Origin: Sandaracinaceae bacterium
GTDB lineage: Bacteria > Myxococcota_A > Polyangia > Polyangiales > Sandaracinaceae
Direction of reading: 5' to 3'
DNA length: 64,000 nucleotides
Assembly: GCA_044220955.1 (NCBI GenBank)
Contig: JBGAQA010000001.1
Coordinates: 32,001-96,000, forward strand
The notes beneath the pieces are model-generated. The model saw only the letters and a list, made by a program, of their open reading frames with translations. It was not told where the DNA came from and searched no databases. Made by a program: the position numbers and the translations under genes. Below, piece by piece: positions 22,062-32,915 of this stretch; the stretch's first letter is position 1; the number at the start of each line of letters is the position of its first letter.

Positions 22062-23414
22062 TCAGACCGCGGCCAGCGCGTCGACGAGGCGATCGAGATC
22101 CGCCTTGGTGTGGCGCTCGGTCACGGCGACCAGGAAGTCGCGGTCGCGATCCGCGTAGAACCTGCCGAGCGGCACACCGCCGAGGATGCCCTTGGCGCCG
22201 AGCGCGGCGAGCAGCGGCGCCGCCTTGCCCTCGTTGCGGCGCACGACGAACTCGTTGAACGTCGGCGCGCTCGCCGGGAGCGAGTAGCGGCCGGTCGCGA
22301 CGATGCGTCCCTTGAGGTACTCGGCCTTCGAGAGGCACGCTCGGCCCGCCTCGTCGAAGCCCTTCTTGCCGAGCATCGCGGTGCGGATGGTGAGCGCGAG
22401 CGCGACGAGGCCGTGGTTCGTGCAGATGTTGCTCGTCGCCTTCTCGCGGCGGATGTGCTGCTCGCGCGTCGAGAGCGTGAGCACGTATCCGCGGGTGCCC
22501 GCCTGGTCGACCGTCTCGCCGACGAGGCGGCCCGGCATCTTCTGGAGGTGCTCCTTGCGGGTCGCGAAGAGACCGACGCCGGGACCACCGAGCTGCGGTG
22601 GGAGCGCGAGCGCCTGACCCTCGCCGACCGCGATGTCCGCGCCGAACGCGCCGGGCGGCGCGAGCAGCGACATCGCATAGGGCTCGGCCGTCGCAGTGAC
22701 GAGCAGCGCACCTTTCTTCGTCGCGATCGCGCGGATCGCCGCGAGATCCTCCACGCAGCCGAGGAAGTTCGGATAGCCGACGAGCACCGCCGCCGTCGCG
22801 TCGTCGACGCAGGCCTCGAGCTCCGAGAGGTCCGTGCGCCCGTCGTCGTTGAGGCGCGCGAGCGCGAGCTCGGGCTTGCCGGCGTCGATGTTGCGTAGGT
22901 ACGTCGCGATGGTCTCGCGGTACTCGGGGTGCAGTCCCGCGCTGAGCACGATGCGCGTCTTGCCCGTCACGCGGCGCGCCATGGTCACGGCCTCGGCTGC
23001 GCCGCTCGCGCCGTCGTACATCGACGCGTTCGCGACCTCCATGCCGAAGAGCTCGGCGACCATCGTCTGGAACTCGAAGATCGCCTGCAGCGTGCCCTGC
23101 GCGACCTCGGGCTGGTAGGGCGTGTACGCGGTGTAGAACTCGCTCCGCAGCAGCAGCTGGTCGACCGCAGGCGGGATGTGGTGGTGGTAGAGCCCCGCGC
23201 CGAGGAACGAGAGCGCGCGCGACGAGTCGTTCTTGCTCGCGAGCGCCTCGAGGTGCCCCATGAGCGACGCCTCGTCGAGCGCAGGCTCGATCGCCAGGCG
23301 CCGGTTCAGGCGATACGCGGGGGGGACGTCGTCGAAGAGGGCGTCCAGCGACGGCGCCCCGATGGCGGCGAGCATGCTCTCGATCTCGGACTGCGTGTGG
23401 GGCAGGTAGCGCAT
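22062..23414 (-). CDS. gcvPA: glycine dehydrogenase subunit 1
   Basis: SFLGAG, EFYTAYTPYQPEVAQG, NASMYDG, REQHIRREKATSNIC. Confidence 0.96.
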   Translation of the reverse strand: MRYLPHTQSEIESMLAAIGAPSLDALFDDVPPAYRLNRRLAIEPALDEASLMGHLEALASKNDSSRALSFLGAGLYHHHIPPAVDQLLLRSEFYTAYTPYQPEVAQGTLQAIFEFQTMVAELFGMEVANASMYDGASGAAEAVTMARRVTGKTRIVLSAGLHPEYRETIATYLRNIDAGKPELALARLNDDGRTDLSELEACVDDATAAVLVGYPNFLGCVEDLAAIRAIATKKGALLVTATAEPYAMSLLAPPGAFGADIAVGEGQALALPPQLGGPGVGLFATRKEHLQKMPGRLVGETVDQAGTRGYVLTLSTREQHIRREKATSNICTNHGLVALALTIRTAMLGKKGFDEAGRACLSKAEYLKGRIVATGRYSLPASAPTFNEFVVRRNEGKAAPLLAALGAKGILGGVPLGRFYADRDRDFLVAVTERHTKADLDRLVDALAAV

Positions 23415-23482
23415 ACGGGCGGGCGCTGATCTACCCGAAAACCGGCGCCGCGCGAGCGCGGAATTGCGCCGTTCGGCGAGCC

Positions 23483-23764
23483 TCAGCTCTGCGGGCCGGC
23501 GTCGCCGCCGGGGCCGGCGTCACCGCCGCGGCCGGCGTCGTAGATCGGGCTCGGCGCGCCGCAGCCGCCGCAGCCGCACGCCGCGAGGAGCACGGGCGCC
23601 GCGACGATCGCGGACGCGACGATCACCAGGCCGCCCGCCGTCATCGCCTTGCGCGCCACGGCGGGCCCGGACGACGCCGTTCGCGGGTCTCGACCGCAGA
23701 AGAGGCAGATCGAGTCACTCGCGTCACACCGACGACCGCAGGCACCACAGCGCATCGAGCTCAT
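23483..23764 (-). CDS. small protein: N-terminal Cys zinc-ribbon, TM helix, CGCGGCG motif
   Basis: CGACGRRC..ICLFCG; hydrophobic stretch; GGGAGG RBS upstream; sigma54-like promoter upstream. Confidence 0.65.
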   Translation of the reverse strand: MSSMRCGACGRRCDASDSICLFCGRDPRTASSGPAVARKAMTAGGLVIVASAIVAAPVLLAACGCGGCGAPSPIYDAGRGGDAGPGGDAGPQS

Positions 23765-23811
23765 CGCAGCCTCCCGCGGCCAGTATCGTTCAACCGCACG
23801 CCGGGATGCGT

Positions 23812-23827
23812 AGCGATCGCCGTGCCA
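23812..23827 (-). promoter_or_regulatory. sigma54 (-24/-12) promoter
   Basis: Minus strand TGGCACGGCGATCGCT = GG-N10-GC. Confidence 0.7.
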
Positions 23828-24018
23828 CACGAATTGCCGACAGAAACGGAGTCGACCTGTGCCTCGATGCGCCGCGGACCTGCCGAATGAGGTCCCTGGT
23901 TCTCACCCTGCGCGCCCCCGCCTTCGGAGGCGCCGGCGCCGGGCGGTGGCCCTGGCGAGGGCAGGTGCACGGTCGGAGCCAGCTCGCCGACCGTCGCGGC
24001 CCTGGTCGCGGGGCGGTC

Positions 24019-24513
24019 TCACTCCGACGTCGCGAGCCGCTCGAGCGCGATCCGGGCCTCGGCGGCGGCGCGCCGCAGGTCCGCCCGCGCGCTCTCGTCT
24101 TCGCCGATGCCCGTCAGCCTCGGCAGGACGGCCCTGAGCTCCGCGCGCTCGCTCTCACGCGCGTCGAGCGAGCGCGCGTCGAGCGAGCGCGCGATCTCCG
24201 AGATCGCCTGCAACGCGCGCGGCGCGAGATCCGGGTCGCGACCGCCCGCGAGCTCGGCCAGCGTGGGCAGCGCCGCCTCCGGCGCGTGCAGCCGCGGCGT
24301 CGCCGAGACGGCGAGCACACGCACGGCGATCGGCGTCTCGGGCGCGAGCCGCGCGAGCACGGCGTCGTCGCCGATCCGATCGACCACGCGCGCGAGCTCG
24401 AGCGGGTCGGTGTCGTGCCCGGCGAGCAGCGGATCGACCGCCGCGGCCGGCTGCGCGGACGCGAGCCCGCCGAGGGCCAGGACGGAAACGATCGCGACCG
24501 AGCGACGCAACAC
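24019..24513 (-). CDS. secreted HEAT-repeat-like hypothetical protein
   Basis: Signal peptide; helical repeats (ALPTLAELA..DPDLAPRALQAI). Confidence 0.65.
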   Translation of the reverse strand: MLRRSVAIVSVLALGGLASAQPAAAVDPLLAGHDTDPLELARVVDRIGDDAVLARLAPETPIAVRVLAVSATPRLHAPEAALPTLAELAGGRDPDLAPRALQAISEIARSLDARSLDARESERAELRAVLPRLTGIGEDESARADLRRAAAEARIALERLATSE

Positions 24514-24599
24514 GGGCGAACTCTACTCGATGGCGTGCGCGATCGCCGCGCTGACGACCGGCGCGGCCCGGTCGAGATCGACGGGGCTCGATTCGTCAC

Positions 24600-25427
24600 T
24601 CACTCGATCGCGGAAGCGATCGCCGCGAGCTCCTCGATCGTCAGCGTCTCGGCGCGCCGGACGCCGTCGATCCCGCAGGCCGAGAGCGCGCGATCGACGG
24701 CGTCCAGCGGGTAGTCTCGCCCGAGCGCGTTGCGCAGCGTCTTGCGTCGCGTTCCGAAGCCCGCGTGCACGACGCGCACGAACGTCTCGGTCTCCTCCGC
24801 GCGCGGCCTCGCCCGCGGCACGAGGCGCACGACCGCGCTGTCCACCTTGGGCGCGGGATGGAACGCGCCCGCAGGCACGCGGAGCAGGGAGCGGACCTCG
24901 AACGCTGCCTGCACGAACACGCTGGGCATGCCCCACGCCTTCGTGCCCGGTGACGCCACGAGGCGATCCCGCACCTCCTTCTGGATCATCAGCACCGCGT
25001 GGGTGAGCGCGCGGCGATGGCGGCCGAGGTTCGTCAGGATCGCGCCGGTCGCCGCGTACGGCAGGTTCCCGGCGAGCACGAAGGGGCCCTGCCGTCCGAG
25101 CCCGGACAGGTCGACCTGAGCCGCGTCGGCCTCGATGACCTCGAGCGCGCGATCCCCGAGGTCGGCGCGCAGCACGGCGATCATGTCGCGATCCCGCTCG
25201 ACGGCGGTGACCCGCGCACCGCGGCGCAGCAGGGCGGCGGTCAACGTCCCGAGCCCCGGGCCGAGCTCGACGACGTGCGTGCCCGCCGCGGGTACGGCGG
25301 CATCCGCGATCGCCTCGACGACGCTGCGCGCGACGAGGAAGTTCTGCGAGAACGAGCGCTTCGGCGAGAGGCCGTGCCGGGCCAGGGCCTTGCGCGGATC
25401 CTCCCACTCGTCGACCGGGGACGGCAT
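24600..25427 (-). CDS. rsmA: 16S rRNA adenine dimethyltransferase
   Basis: SQNFL, ELGPGLG, GNLPY, MIQKEV, FHPAPKVDS, RRKTLRN, RAETL. Confidence 0.95.
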   Translation of the reverse strand: MPSPVDEWEDPRKALARHGLSPKRSFSQNFLVARSVVEAIADAAVPAAGTHVVELGPGLGTLTAALLRRGARVTAVERDRDMIAVLRADLGDRALEVIEADAAQVDLSGLGRQGPFVLAGNLPYAATGAILTNLGRHRRALTHAVLMIQKEVRDRLVASPGTKAWGMPSVFVQAAFEVRSLLRVPAGAFHPAPKVDSAVVRLVPRARPRAEETETFVRVVHAGFGTRRKTLRNALGRDYPLDAVDRALSACGIDGVRRAETLTIEELAAIASAIE

Positions 25428-25431
25428 CGGC

Positions 25432-27060
25432 TCACGCGGCGCGGCGTGCGCCGACCTCGAGCGCCGCCAGCGCGGTCGCCGGTGAGTCGGACGCACGCAG
25501 CGTGATCACGCGGACGCCGAGGGCACCGAGCAGCGTCCGCATGTCCACCACGCGGCGCCGCTCGCCGCGCGCGTACACGTCGAAGACCAGGCGCTCGCCG
25601 CCGGTCTTGGGCGCGCGCGCGAAGCTCGGCGCATCGGGGACGAACATCGTCAGCGAGTGGCCGCGCGCGCGCAGGAGCTTGACCGCGCTGACGAGCGGCG
25701 TGGGGTCGCCGACGCCGTCGAGGTCGGTGAGGATCCCGATCCCGGCCGGTCCCTTCGTGCGCGCGCCGATCTCGCGCAACGCCGCCGCCAGCCCGGGCGC
25801 CTTCGCGCCGTCGCGCGGGTCGGCGCGATAGGGGAGCGGGATGCCGCGCGCCTTGCAGAAGCGCCGCAGGAGATGGCTCGCGGGCGTCGATGCGACGATC
25901 GGCGCGGCCTTCGCGCCCTCGGCTCCGTCGCCCTGCGCGAGCACCTTCTGCACGTGCCGCAGCATGAGCGGCACGTTCCACTCGGTGCGGCTCGCGACGA
26001 AGTCGATGCCGTCCTGCTGGCGCAGGTAGCGGCCCACCACGCCGATCACGTCGAGCTCGTCGGCATCCGTGAGATCCTCGTCCACGACCTCGGTCGCCGC
26101 GAGCAGCGCGTCGAAGATCCGCAAGAGCTGCGCCGGCCCGTCGTGCGCCGGGACGTGCGCGAGGATTCGCCCGTCGACCGTCAAGAGCCCGACCTGATCC
26201 CCTGCCGCGAGCCCGCGACGCGCGTGCGCCGCGATCGCCTCGATCGCGTGGTCGAGCTTGCGCGCGCCGAGCGCCCCGCCGCGCATCGTGCCGCTGACGT
26301 CGAGCACGACGTAGCGCGTCTCCTCCACCTCCTGCTCGACCTCGCGCACGAGCAGACGCCCGCGACGTGCGCTCGCCTTCCACGCGATCTGCTTGAACGG
26401 ATCTCCGGGCACCATGTCGCGGATCTCCCGGAGCTCGGTGCCCCCACCGCTCGACACGAGGCTCGCGCCGCTCCGCTCCACGGTCACGCCCGTCTGCGCG
26501 CGCACCGCCCGCGGCACGCGTGCCGCCGCCTGCGGCAGCACCTTGATCACGAGCGGGTTCGGGAAATAGAGAGGCACCTCGAAGAGCCCGAGCGGCCCCG
26601 AGAGCGTCACCGCGAGGCCGTGCAGCACGACGCGCCCGGCAGCCTGCGCGACCAGCCGGAACGAGAGCTCGGTGCGGGAGCCGGGAGTGACCTCGATCGC
26701 GCGCAGCGCTTCGTCCTCCAGGGCCGCTCCACCCGGGATGATGGGCTCGACGTTCGTGAGTCGCAGGAAGTCCTCGCCGCGGTGGCGAACGAAGCAGCGC
26801 ACCTCGAAGGGCGTGCGCGGCACGACGGCGCCACCACCGGCGCCCGGATCGCCGTGGGCGAGCCACCAGGCGAACTCGAGCCGCTCGCGACGCACCCGGC
26901 GGCCGAGCGGGATCGTCGTCATCAGCGCGATCGCGAGCAACACGGCGATGGCGCCCCCGAGGATCGTCGCGGCCGCCGACGCGAGCAGCGCGCCGGTGAT
27001 GGTCATGATCGCGGCGGCCAGGCAGAGCGCGCTCGCCGTTCGGGTGGGGATCGGCAGCAC
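25432..27060 (-). CDS. DUF58 domain protein with N-terminal TM helices
   Basis: ELREIRDMVPGDPFKQIAWKASAR, VLDVSGTM. Confidence 0.9.
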   Translation of the reverse strand: MLPIPTRTASALCLAAAIMTITGALLASAAATILGGAIAVLLAIALMTTIPLGRRVRRERLEFAWWLAHGDPGAGGGAVVPRTPFEVRCFVRHRGEDFLRLTNVEPIIPGGAALEDEALRAIEVTPGSRTELSFRLVAQAAGRVVLHGLAVTLSGPLGLFEVPLYFPNPLVIKVLPQAAARVPRAVRAQTGVTVERSGASLVSSGGGTELREIRDMVPGDPFKQIAWKASARRGRLLVREVEQEVEETRYVVLDVSGTMRGGALGARKLDHAIEAIAAHARRGLAAGDQVGLLTVDGRILAHVPAHDGPAQLLRIFDALLAATEVVDEDLTDADELDVIGVVGRYLRQQDGIDFVASRTEWNVPLMLRHVQKVLAQGDGAEGAKAAPIVASTPASHLLRRFCKARGIPLPYRADPRDGAKAPGLAAALREIGARTKGPAGIGILTDLDGVGDPTPLVSAVKLLRARGHSLTMFVPDAPSFARAPKTGGERLVFDVYARGERRRVVDMRTLLGALGVRVITLRASDSPATALAALEVGARRAA

Positions 27061-27069
27061 GTGCGATCC

Positions 27070-28056
27070 CTACGCCTCGCGCCGGTGCGGCACGTCGGCG
27101 AGCGCCTTCTGCACGAGATCCTGGCGGCTCGTGCCCTCCATCTCGGCCTCCGGCGTGAGAACCAGACGGTGGGCGAGGACTGGGACCGCGAGCGCCTTCA
27201 CGTCGTCGGGCAACACGAAGGGCCGGCCTGCGATCAACGCGCGCGCGCGTGCGGCCGACACGAGCGCGAGCGACGCGCGGGGCGAGACGCCGAGGAGCAC
27301 CCTCGCCTGCTGCCGCGTGTACGTCGCGATCCGGACGACGTAGTCGAGGATCTCCTCCTCGACGTGCACGCGGCCGACGAGCGCCTGCAGGCGCCGGACC
27401 TCGCCCTCGTCGAGCACCCGACGCGCCTCCGGGCTGCCCTCGAGGAAGCGCCGCAGGACGGTCTTCTCGTCTCGCGCCGCGGGGTAGCCGATGAGGATCC
27501 GGACGAGGAATCGGTCGATCTGAGCCTCGGGGAGCGGGTACGTCCCGGCCTGCTCGACCGGGTTCTGCGTGGCCAGGACGATGAAGGGCGCCGGGAGCGG
27601 CCGCGTGTCGCCCTCGATCGTCGCCTGGTGCTCCTGCATGGCCTCGAGCAGCGCGCTCTGCGTCTTGGCGGGGGCGCGGTTGATCTCGTCGCCGAGCAGG
27701 ACGTTGGTGAAGATCGGGCCCTCTCGCAGGGTGAACGTGCCCTCTTTCGGCGAGAACACGTAGGTGCCCGTGATGTCGGCGGGTAGCAGATCGGGAGTGA
27801 ACTGGATGCGGCGGAACGAGCTGCCGAGCGTGGCCGCGAACGCCTTGCAGAGCGTGGTCTTCGCGACCCCGGGCACTCCCTCGAGCAGCGCGTGGCCGCG
27901 CGCGAGGAGCGTGACGAGCAGGAGCTCCGGGACCGTGCGCGTGCCGACGTAGACGCGCTGGACCTCGTCGATGACCGCGTTCGCGCGCGTCGAGACCTCC
28001 GCGAGCTCGTGAGGCTCGAGCGTGACGGCCCCGTCGCGCAGCGTCCCGTCGCTCAC
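27070..28056 (-). CDS. MoxR-family AAA+ ATPase
   Basis: GVPGVAKT, RIQFTPDLLPAD, DEINR, ATQNPVE, YPLPEAQ.DRF; GTG overlaps the upstream stop. Confidence 0.95.
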   Translation of the reverse strand: MSDGTLRDGAVTLEPHELAEVSTRANAVIDEVQRVYVGTRTVPELLLVTLLARGHALLEGVPGVAKTTLCKAFAATLGSSFRRIQFTPDLLPADITGTYVFSPKEGTFTLREGPIFTNVLLGDEINRAPAKTQSALLEAMQEHQATIEGDTRPLPAPFIVLATQNPVEQAGTYPLPEAQIDRFLVRILIGYPAARDEKTVLRRFLEGSPEARRVLDEGEVRRLQALVGRVHVEEEILDYVVRIATYTRQQARVLLGVSPRASLALVSAARARALIAGRPFVLPDDVKALAVPVLAHRLVLTPEAEMEGTSRQDLVQKALADVPHRREA

Positions 28057-29354
28057 GAGCGCAGCTCTCGCTTGGCGACTCGCTCGAGCAGCGCGTCTCC
28101 ACGCGTGACGAGCGAGCGGAGCAGCGTCTCGGAGATCGGATGATCGCCCGCGTGTCGCTCGGCCCGGTCCTCGGCCCGGGACAGCTCGCCGAGCAGCGCG
28201 CGCGCCTGCTCGACCTCGCTCGCGGAGAGCCCACGTTTCTGCATCGCCTGCACCACGTCCATCAACGAAGAGCGTCCCGAGAGGCCGAGCCGGGCGTGCA
28301 GCTCGGTCTCGAGCTCGAACTTGTACACGAGGAAGGGCTCCGTGAGATCGGCGGCGCGCGCAGCGTACCATCCCACGCGCCCGACGAAGCCACCCTCCTG
28401 CGCGGGCCGCGTCGCGAACGACGCGCTCCCGTACGGCGAGGCCTTGGGCAGGACCCCGGCGCCGAAGAGCAGCAAGATCGCGGCGAGCGACGCGGCCAGG
28501 ACCCGGAGCGCCGCGGGGGGCAGCGACCAACGGTCGAGCTCACCGAGCAGCGTGCGCAGGTTCGAGAGCGGGTCCGCGAGCGTGCTCGGCCCGTAGTGGC
28601 CGCCGACGCGCCCGTCCGGCGGGACGATCAGCACGCGCCCCTCCGGCCGCGATACGAACTCGATCAGGTTCTCCGCGAAGCGCCGGTTGCCACGCATCTG
28701 CAGCATGTTGTTGATGAGGACGCTGGGATCCGAGACGACGACGAGGCGGCCCTGGTGCTGCTCCTCGCCGACCGCGCCCGCGAGCACCACGGCGTCGCCC
28801 GCGGCGATCTCGAAGATCGGCGGCAGCGGTCCGCCCCGCTCCGTCGTGCGGGAGGCGTCCGGGTGATGCACGGCGACCTGGGGATGGTTGGTCACGAGCG
28901 CGTCGACCCCGAGCGTCAGCGGATGTTGCATCGCGGGGTGGGCCACCAGGAGCTGCGGGTTGCCGCGCAGACGGAGGACCCCCTCGTCCGTGCGCGGCGC
29001 GCGGCGCTCGATGTGGAACGTCTCCAGGATCGCGCCACCGGCGCCGAAGTCGTCGGCCACCACCACGCGACCGCCGTCCCGCATCATCGCGACGAGCGGC
29101 TCCGCGAGCGGGGTCTCGCGCGGCGAGACGAGCAGTACGGCATCGTCGGCGCTCAGCGTCGAGGCGTCGAGGTCGCGCGTGACCAACGCGTGGGAGCGCT
29201 GCTCGGCGATCGCGAGCAGCTCGGAGAGCCCGTTCCACTCCGTGTTGTCCGGGTCGAAGTCGCTCGGATCCTGCGCGAGCGCCGATGACGCGGCGCTCCA
29301 GAGGGACAGGGCCACCACGACCGACGCCAGCGCACCTCTCACCGGCGCAATCAT
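28053..29354 (-). CDS. DUF4350-like membrane protein (MoxR operon partner)
   Basis: Signal peptide, WNGLS, GGRVVVADDFG, VVSDPSVLINNML, TM helix; context. Confidence 0.75.
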   Translation of the reverse strand: MIAPVRGALASVVVALSLWSAASSALAQDPSDFDPDNTEWNGLSELLAIAEQRSHALVTRDLDASTLSADDAVLLVSPRETPLAEPLVAMMRDGGRVVVADDFGAGGAILETFHIERRAPRTDEGVLRLRGNPQLLVAHPAMQHPLTLGVDALVTNHPQVAVHHPDASRTTERGGPLPPIFEIAAGDAVVLAGAVGEEQHQGRLVVVSDPSVLINNMLQMRGNRRFAENLIEFVSRPEGRVLIVPPDGRVGGHYGPSTLADPLSNLRTLLGELDRWSLPPAALRVLAASLAAILLLFGAGVLPKASPYGSASFATRPAQEGGFVGRVGWYAARAADLTEPFLVYKFELETELHARLGLSGRSSLMDVVQAMQKRGLSASEVEQARALLGELSRAEDRAERHAGDHPISETLLRSLVTRGDALLERVAKRELRS

Positions 29355-29439
29355 AGCCGCCGTGAACGAAAAGCGCGCCGGGACGTCACATCCGGGCGCG
29401 CTTGTCAGAGCGGGAGTGCCCGAGCGGTCGGGCCGTCGA

Positions 29440-29601
29440 TCATCCGAGGTCGATGACGACGACACCGCGGTTGGCCTCGTCGCCCTCGGCCTCGCGGGGC
29501 CTGGGCGGAGGCATCGGGATGTCCACGAAAGGACGCTGCTCCCTGCGCGCCTCGTCTTCCTCGCGGCGGCGGATCTTCTCGATGATGAAGGGAGGCAGCA
29601 T
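29440..29601 (-). CDS. 53-aa small protein MLPPFIIEKIRRREE...RGVVVIDLG
   Basis: AGAGGAGA RBS upstream; hidden at the end of spurious ORF 29440..31470; sigma54 promoter upstream. Confidence 0.8.
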   Translation of the reverse strand: MLPPFIIEKIRRREEDEARREQRPFVDIPMPPPRPREAEGDEANRGVVVIDLG

Positions 29602-29649
29602 GGCGATGTCTCCTCTCGGCTCGGGCCAGACTCGTCTCGCTCGGAAACG

Positions 29650-29665
29650 TGCAGCGTACGTGCCA
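29650..29665 (-). promoter_or_regulatory. sigma54 (-24/-12) promoter
   Basis: Minus strand TGGCACGTACGCTGCA, near consensus TGGCAC-N5-TTGCA. Confidence 0.8.
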
Positions 29666-29771
29666 CGACTATAACAACCGATCGGTCCCTGTAAAGATAC
29701 GAGGGGCGCCGGAAGGCTTGGATCGGCGACGCGCTGCGTCGAAGCCCATGACGGGCATCGCGCCCCGCAGG

Positions 29772-30158
29772 TCAGTGGTCCAGGGTGCCGAGGTACGCCT
29801 CGTAGGCGGCGGCGTCCATCAGGCCATCCAGGCTGCCCGCGCCCTTCAGCGCGATCATCCAGCCCTTGTCGTAGGGGCCCTCGTTGACGAGCTCCGGTGA
29901 GCCTTCGAGCTTGTCGTTGATCTCGGCGACCTCGCCGTGGACCGGAGCGAAGAGCTCGCTGACGGTCTTGACGGACTCGATGTCGCCGAAGTGCGCGTGG
30001 GCGTCGAGCTTCGCGCCGACCTTGGGGAGATCCACCAGCGTCACGTCGCCGAGCTGCTCGACGGCGTAGCCGGTGATGCCGACGCGCACGAGGTCGCCCT
30101 CCTTGCGCGCCCACTCGTGGTCCTTGGTGTACTTCAGATCCGACGGGTACTTGGACAT
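29772..30158 (-). CDS. gcvH: glycine cleavage system H protein
   Basis: YTKDHEW, VGIT, IESVKTVSE (lipoyl-Lys), VNEGPY. Confidence 0.97.
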   Translation of the reverse strand: MSKYPSDLKYTKDHEWARKEGDLVRVGITGYAVEQLGDVTLVDLPKVGAKLDAHAHFGDIESVKTVSELFAPVHGEVAEINDKLEGSPELVNEGPYDKGWMIALKGAGSLDGLMDAAAYEAYLGTLDH

Positions 30159-30185
30159 CTCGCTCTCCCTCGCTCTGTCTCACTC

Positions 30186-31307
30186 TCACTTCGCGCGCTT
30201 GTAGAACGGCGTCTTCACCACGACGGCCTCCACCGCCTTGCCGCGGACCTGGACGCCGATCTTCGAGCCGAGCGCCGAGAGTGCGGTCGGCACGTATCCC
30301 AGCCCGATGTTCTTGTCGAGCGTAGGCGAGGGTGAGCCGCTCGTGACGATGCCGATCGTCTTGCCGCCGGCTTCGCTCCCATCCCACTCGACGATCGGGT
30401 AGCCGTGGCGGCCGATGCCTCGGCCGACCATCTCGAAGCCGACCATCTTCCGCGTCAGGCCCGCCGCCTGGATCTTCTTCAGCGCGTCCTTGCCGAGGAA
30501 GTCGCGCGGCTTGTCCAGCTTCACCACCCAGCCGAGCCCCGCCTCGAGGGGGTTGGTCGTCTCGTCGATCTCGTTGCCGTAGAGGGAGAGCCGCCCCTCG
30601 AGGCGCAGCGTGTCGCGCGCGCCGAGACCGCAGGGCTCGAGGCCGAAGGCCTTTCCCGCCGAGACGAGCGCGCGCCACAGGGTCACCGCCCCGGCGTTCG
30701 CGCAGAAGAGCTCGAAGCCGTCCTCGGCGGTGTAGCCGGTCCGCGCCGCGATCACCGGGACCCCCGCGATCGCTGCGTCGGTGAGCGAGAACGACGCGAG
30801 CGCGGGGATCGCCTCGCTCGCCCCCGCCGCGCGCACGACGTCCACGGCCTTCGGACCCTGGATCGCGATCAGCGCGAAGCGGTCGCTCGCGTCCTCGAAG
30901 CTGATCTTCCCCTCGCAGTGCTTGCGGAAGTGGCTGGCGATCTTGTCGCGGTTGGACGCGTTCATCACGACGAGGAAGCGATCCCGCCCGCGACGGTAGA
31001 CGATCAGATCGTCGAGGATCGTGCCCCCCGCGTTGCATGCGACGTTGTAGACGGCCTTGCCGTCGGGAAGCTTCGTGAGGTCGGCGGTGACCAGGGCGTC
31101 GATGGTCTCCTCCGCCTTCGGGCCCTCGAGGATCATCTCCCCCATGTGAGACACGTCGAAGAGGCCCGCCGCCGTGCGCACCGCGGCGTGCTCCTTGAGC
31201 AGCCCGGCGTACTGGACGGGCATCTCCCACCCCGCGAACGGGACGATGCGGCCACCGAGGGCCTTGTGTTCTTCGAAGAGGGGCGTGCGTCGGAGGGTCT
31301 CGCTCAC
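30186..31307 (-). CDS. gcvT: glycine cleavage system aminomethyltransferase T
   Basis: [40 protein letters not shown]. Confidence 0.97.
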   Translation of the reverse strand: MSETLRRTPLFEEHKALGGRIVPFAGWEMPVQYAGLLKEHAAVRTAAGLFDVSHMGEMILEGPKAEETIDALVTADLTKLPDGKAVYNVACNAGGTILDDLIVYRRGRDRFLVVMNASNRDKIASHFRKHCEGKISFEDASDRFALIAIQGPKAVDVVRAAGASEAIPALASFSLTDAAIAGVPVIAARTGYTAEDGFELFCANAGAVTLWRALVSAGKAFGLEPCGLGARDTLRLEGRLSLYGNEIDETTNPLEAGLGWVVKLDKPRDFLGKDALKKIQAAGLTRKMVGFEMVGRGIGRHGYPIVEWDGSEAGGKTIGIVTSGSPSPTLDKNIGLGYVPTALSALGSKIGVQVRGKAVEAVVVKTPFYKRAK

Positions 31308-31372
31308 GCGCCGAAAGTACGCGATCGGGCCGCGGCGGCGCAACGCGCGTGGAGGGGCCGCGATAAGCGGGC

Positions 31373-32908
<1,536 letters not shown>

Positions 32909-32915
32909 CGATCGC

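Noticed and set aside
23830..24018. Possible glycine riboswitch upstream of gcvPA (CCGAAGGCG...CAGG on the minus strand)
   Set aside because: Lacks the GGAGA and CTCTCAGG core in the correct arrangement and is separated from gcvPA by another ORF
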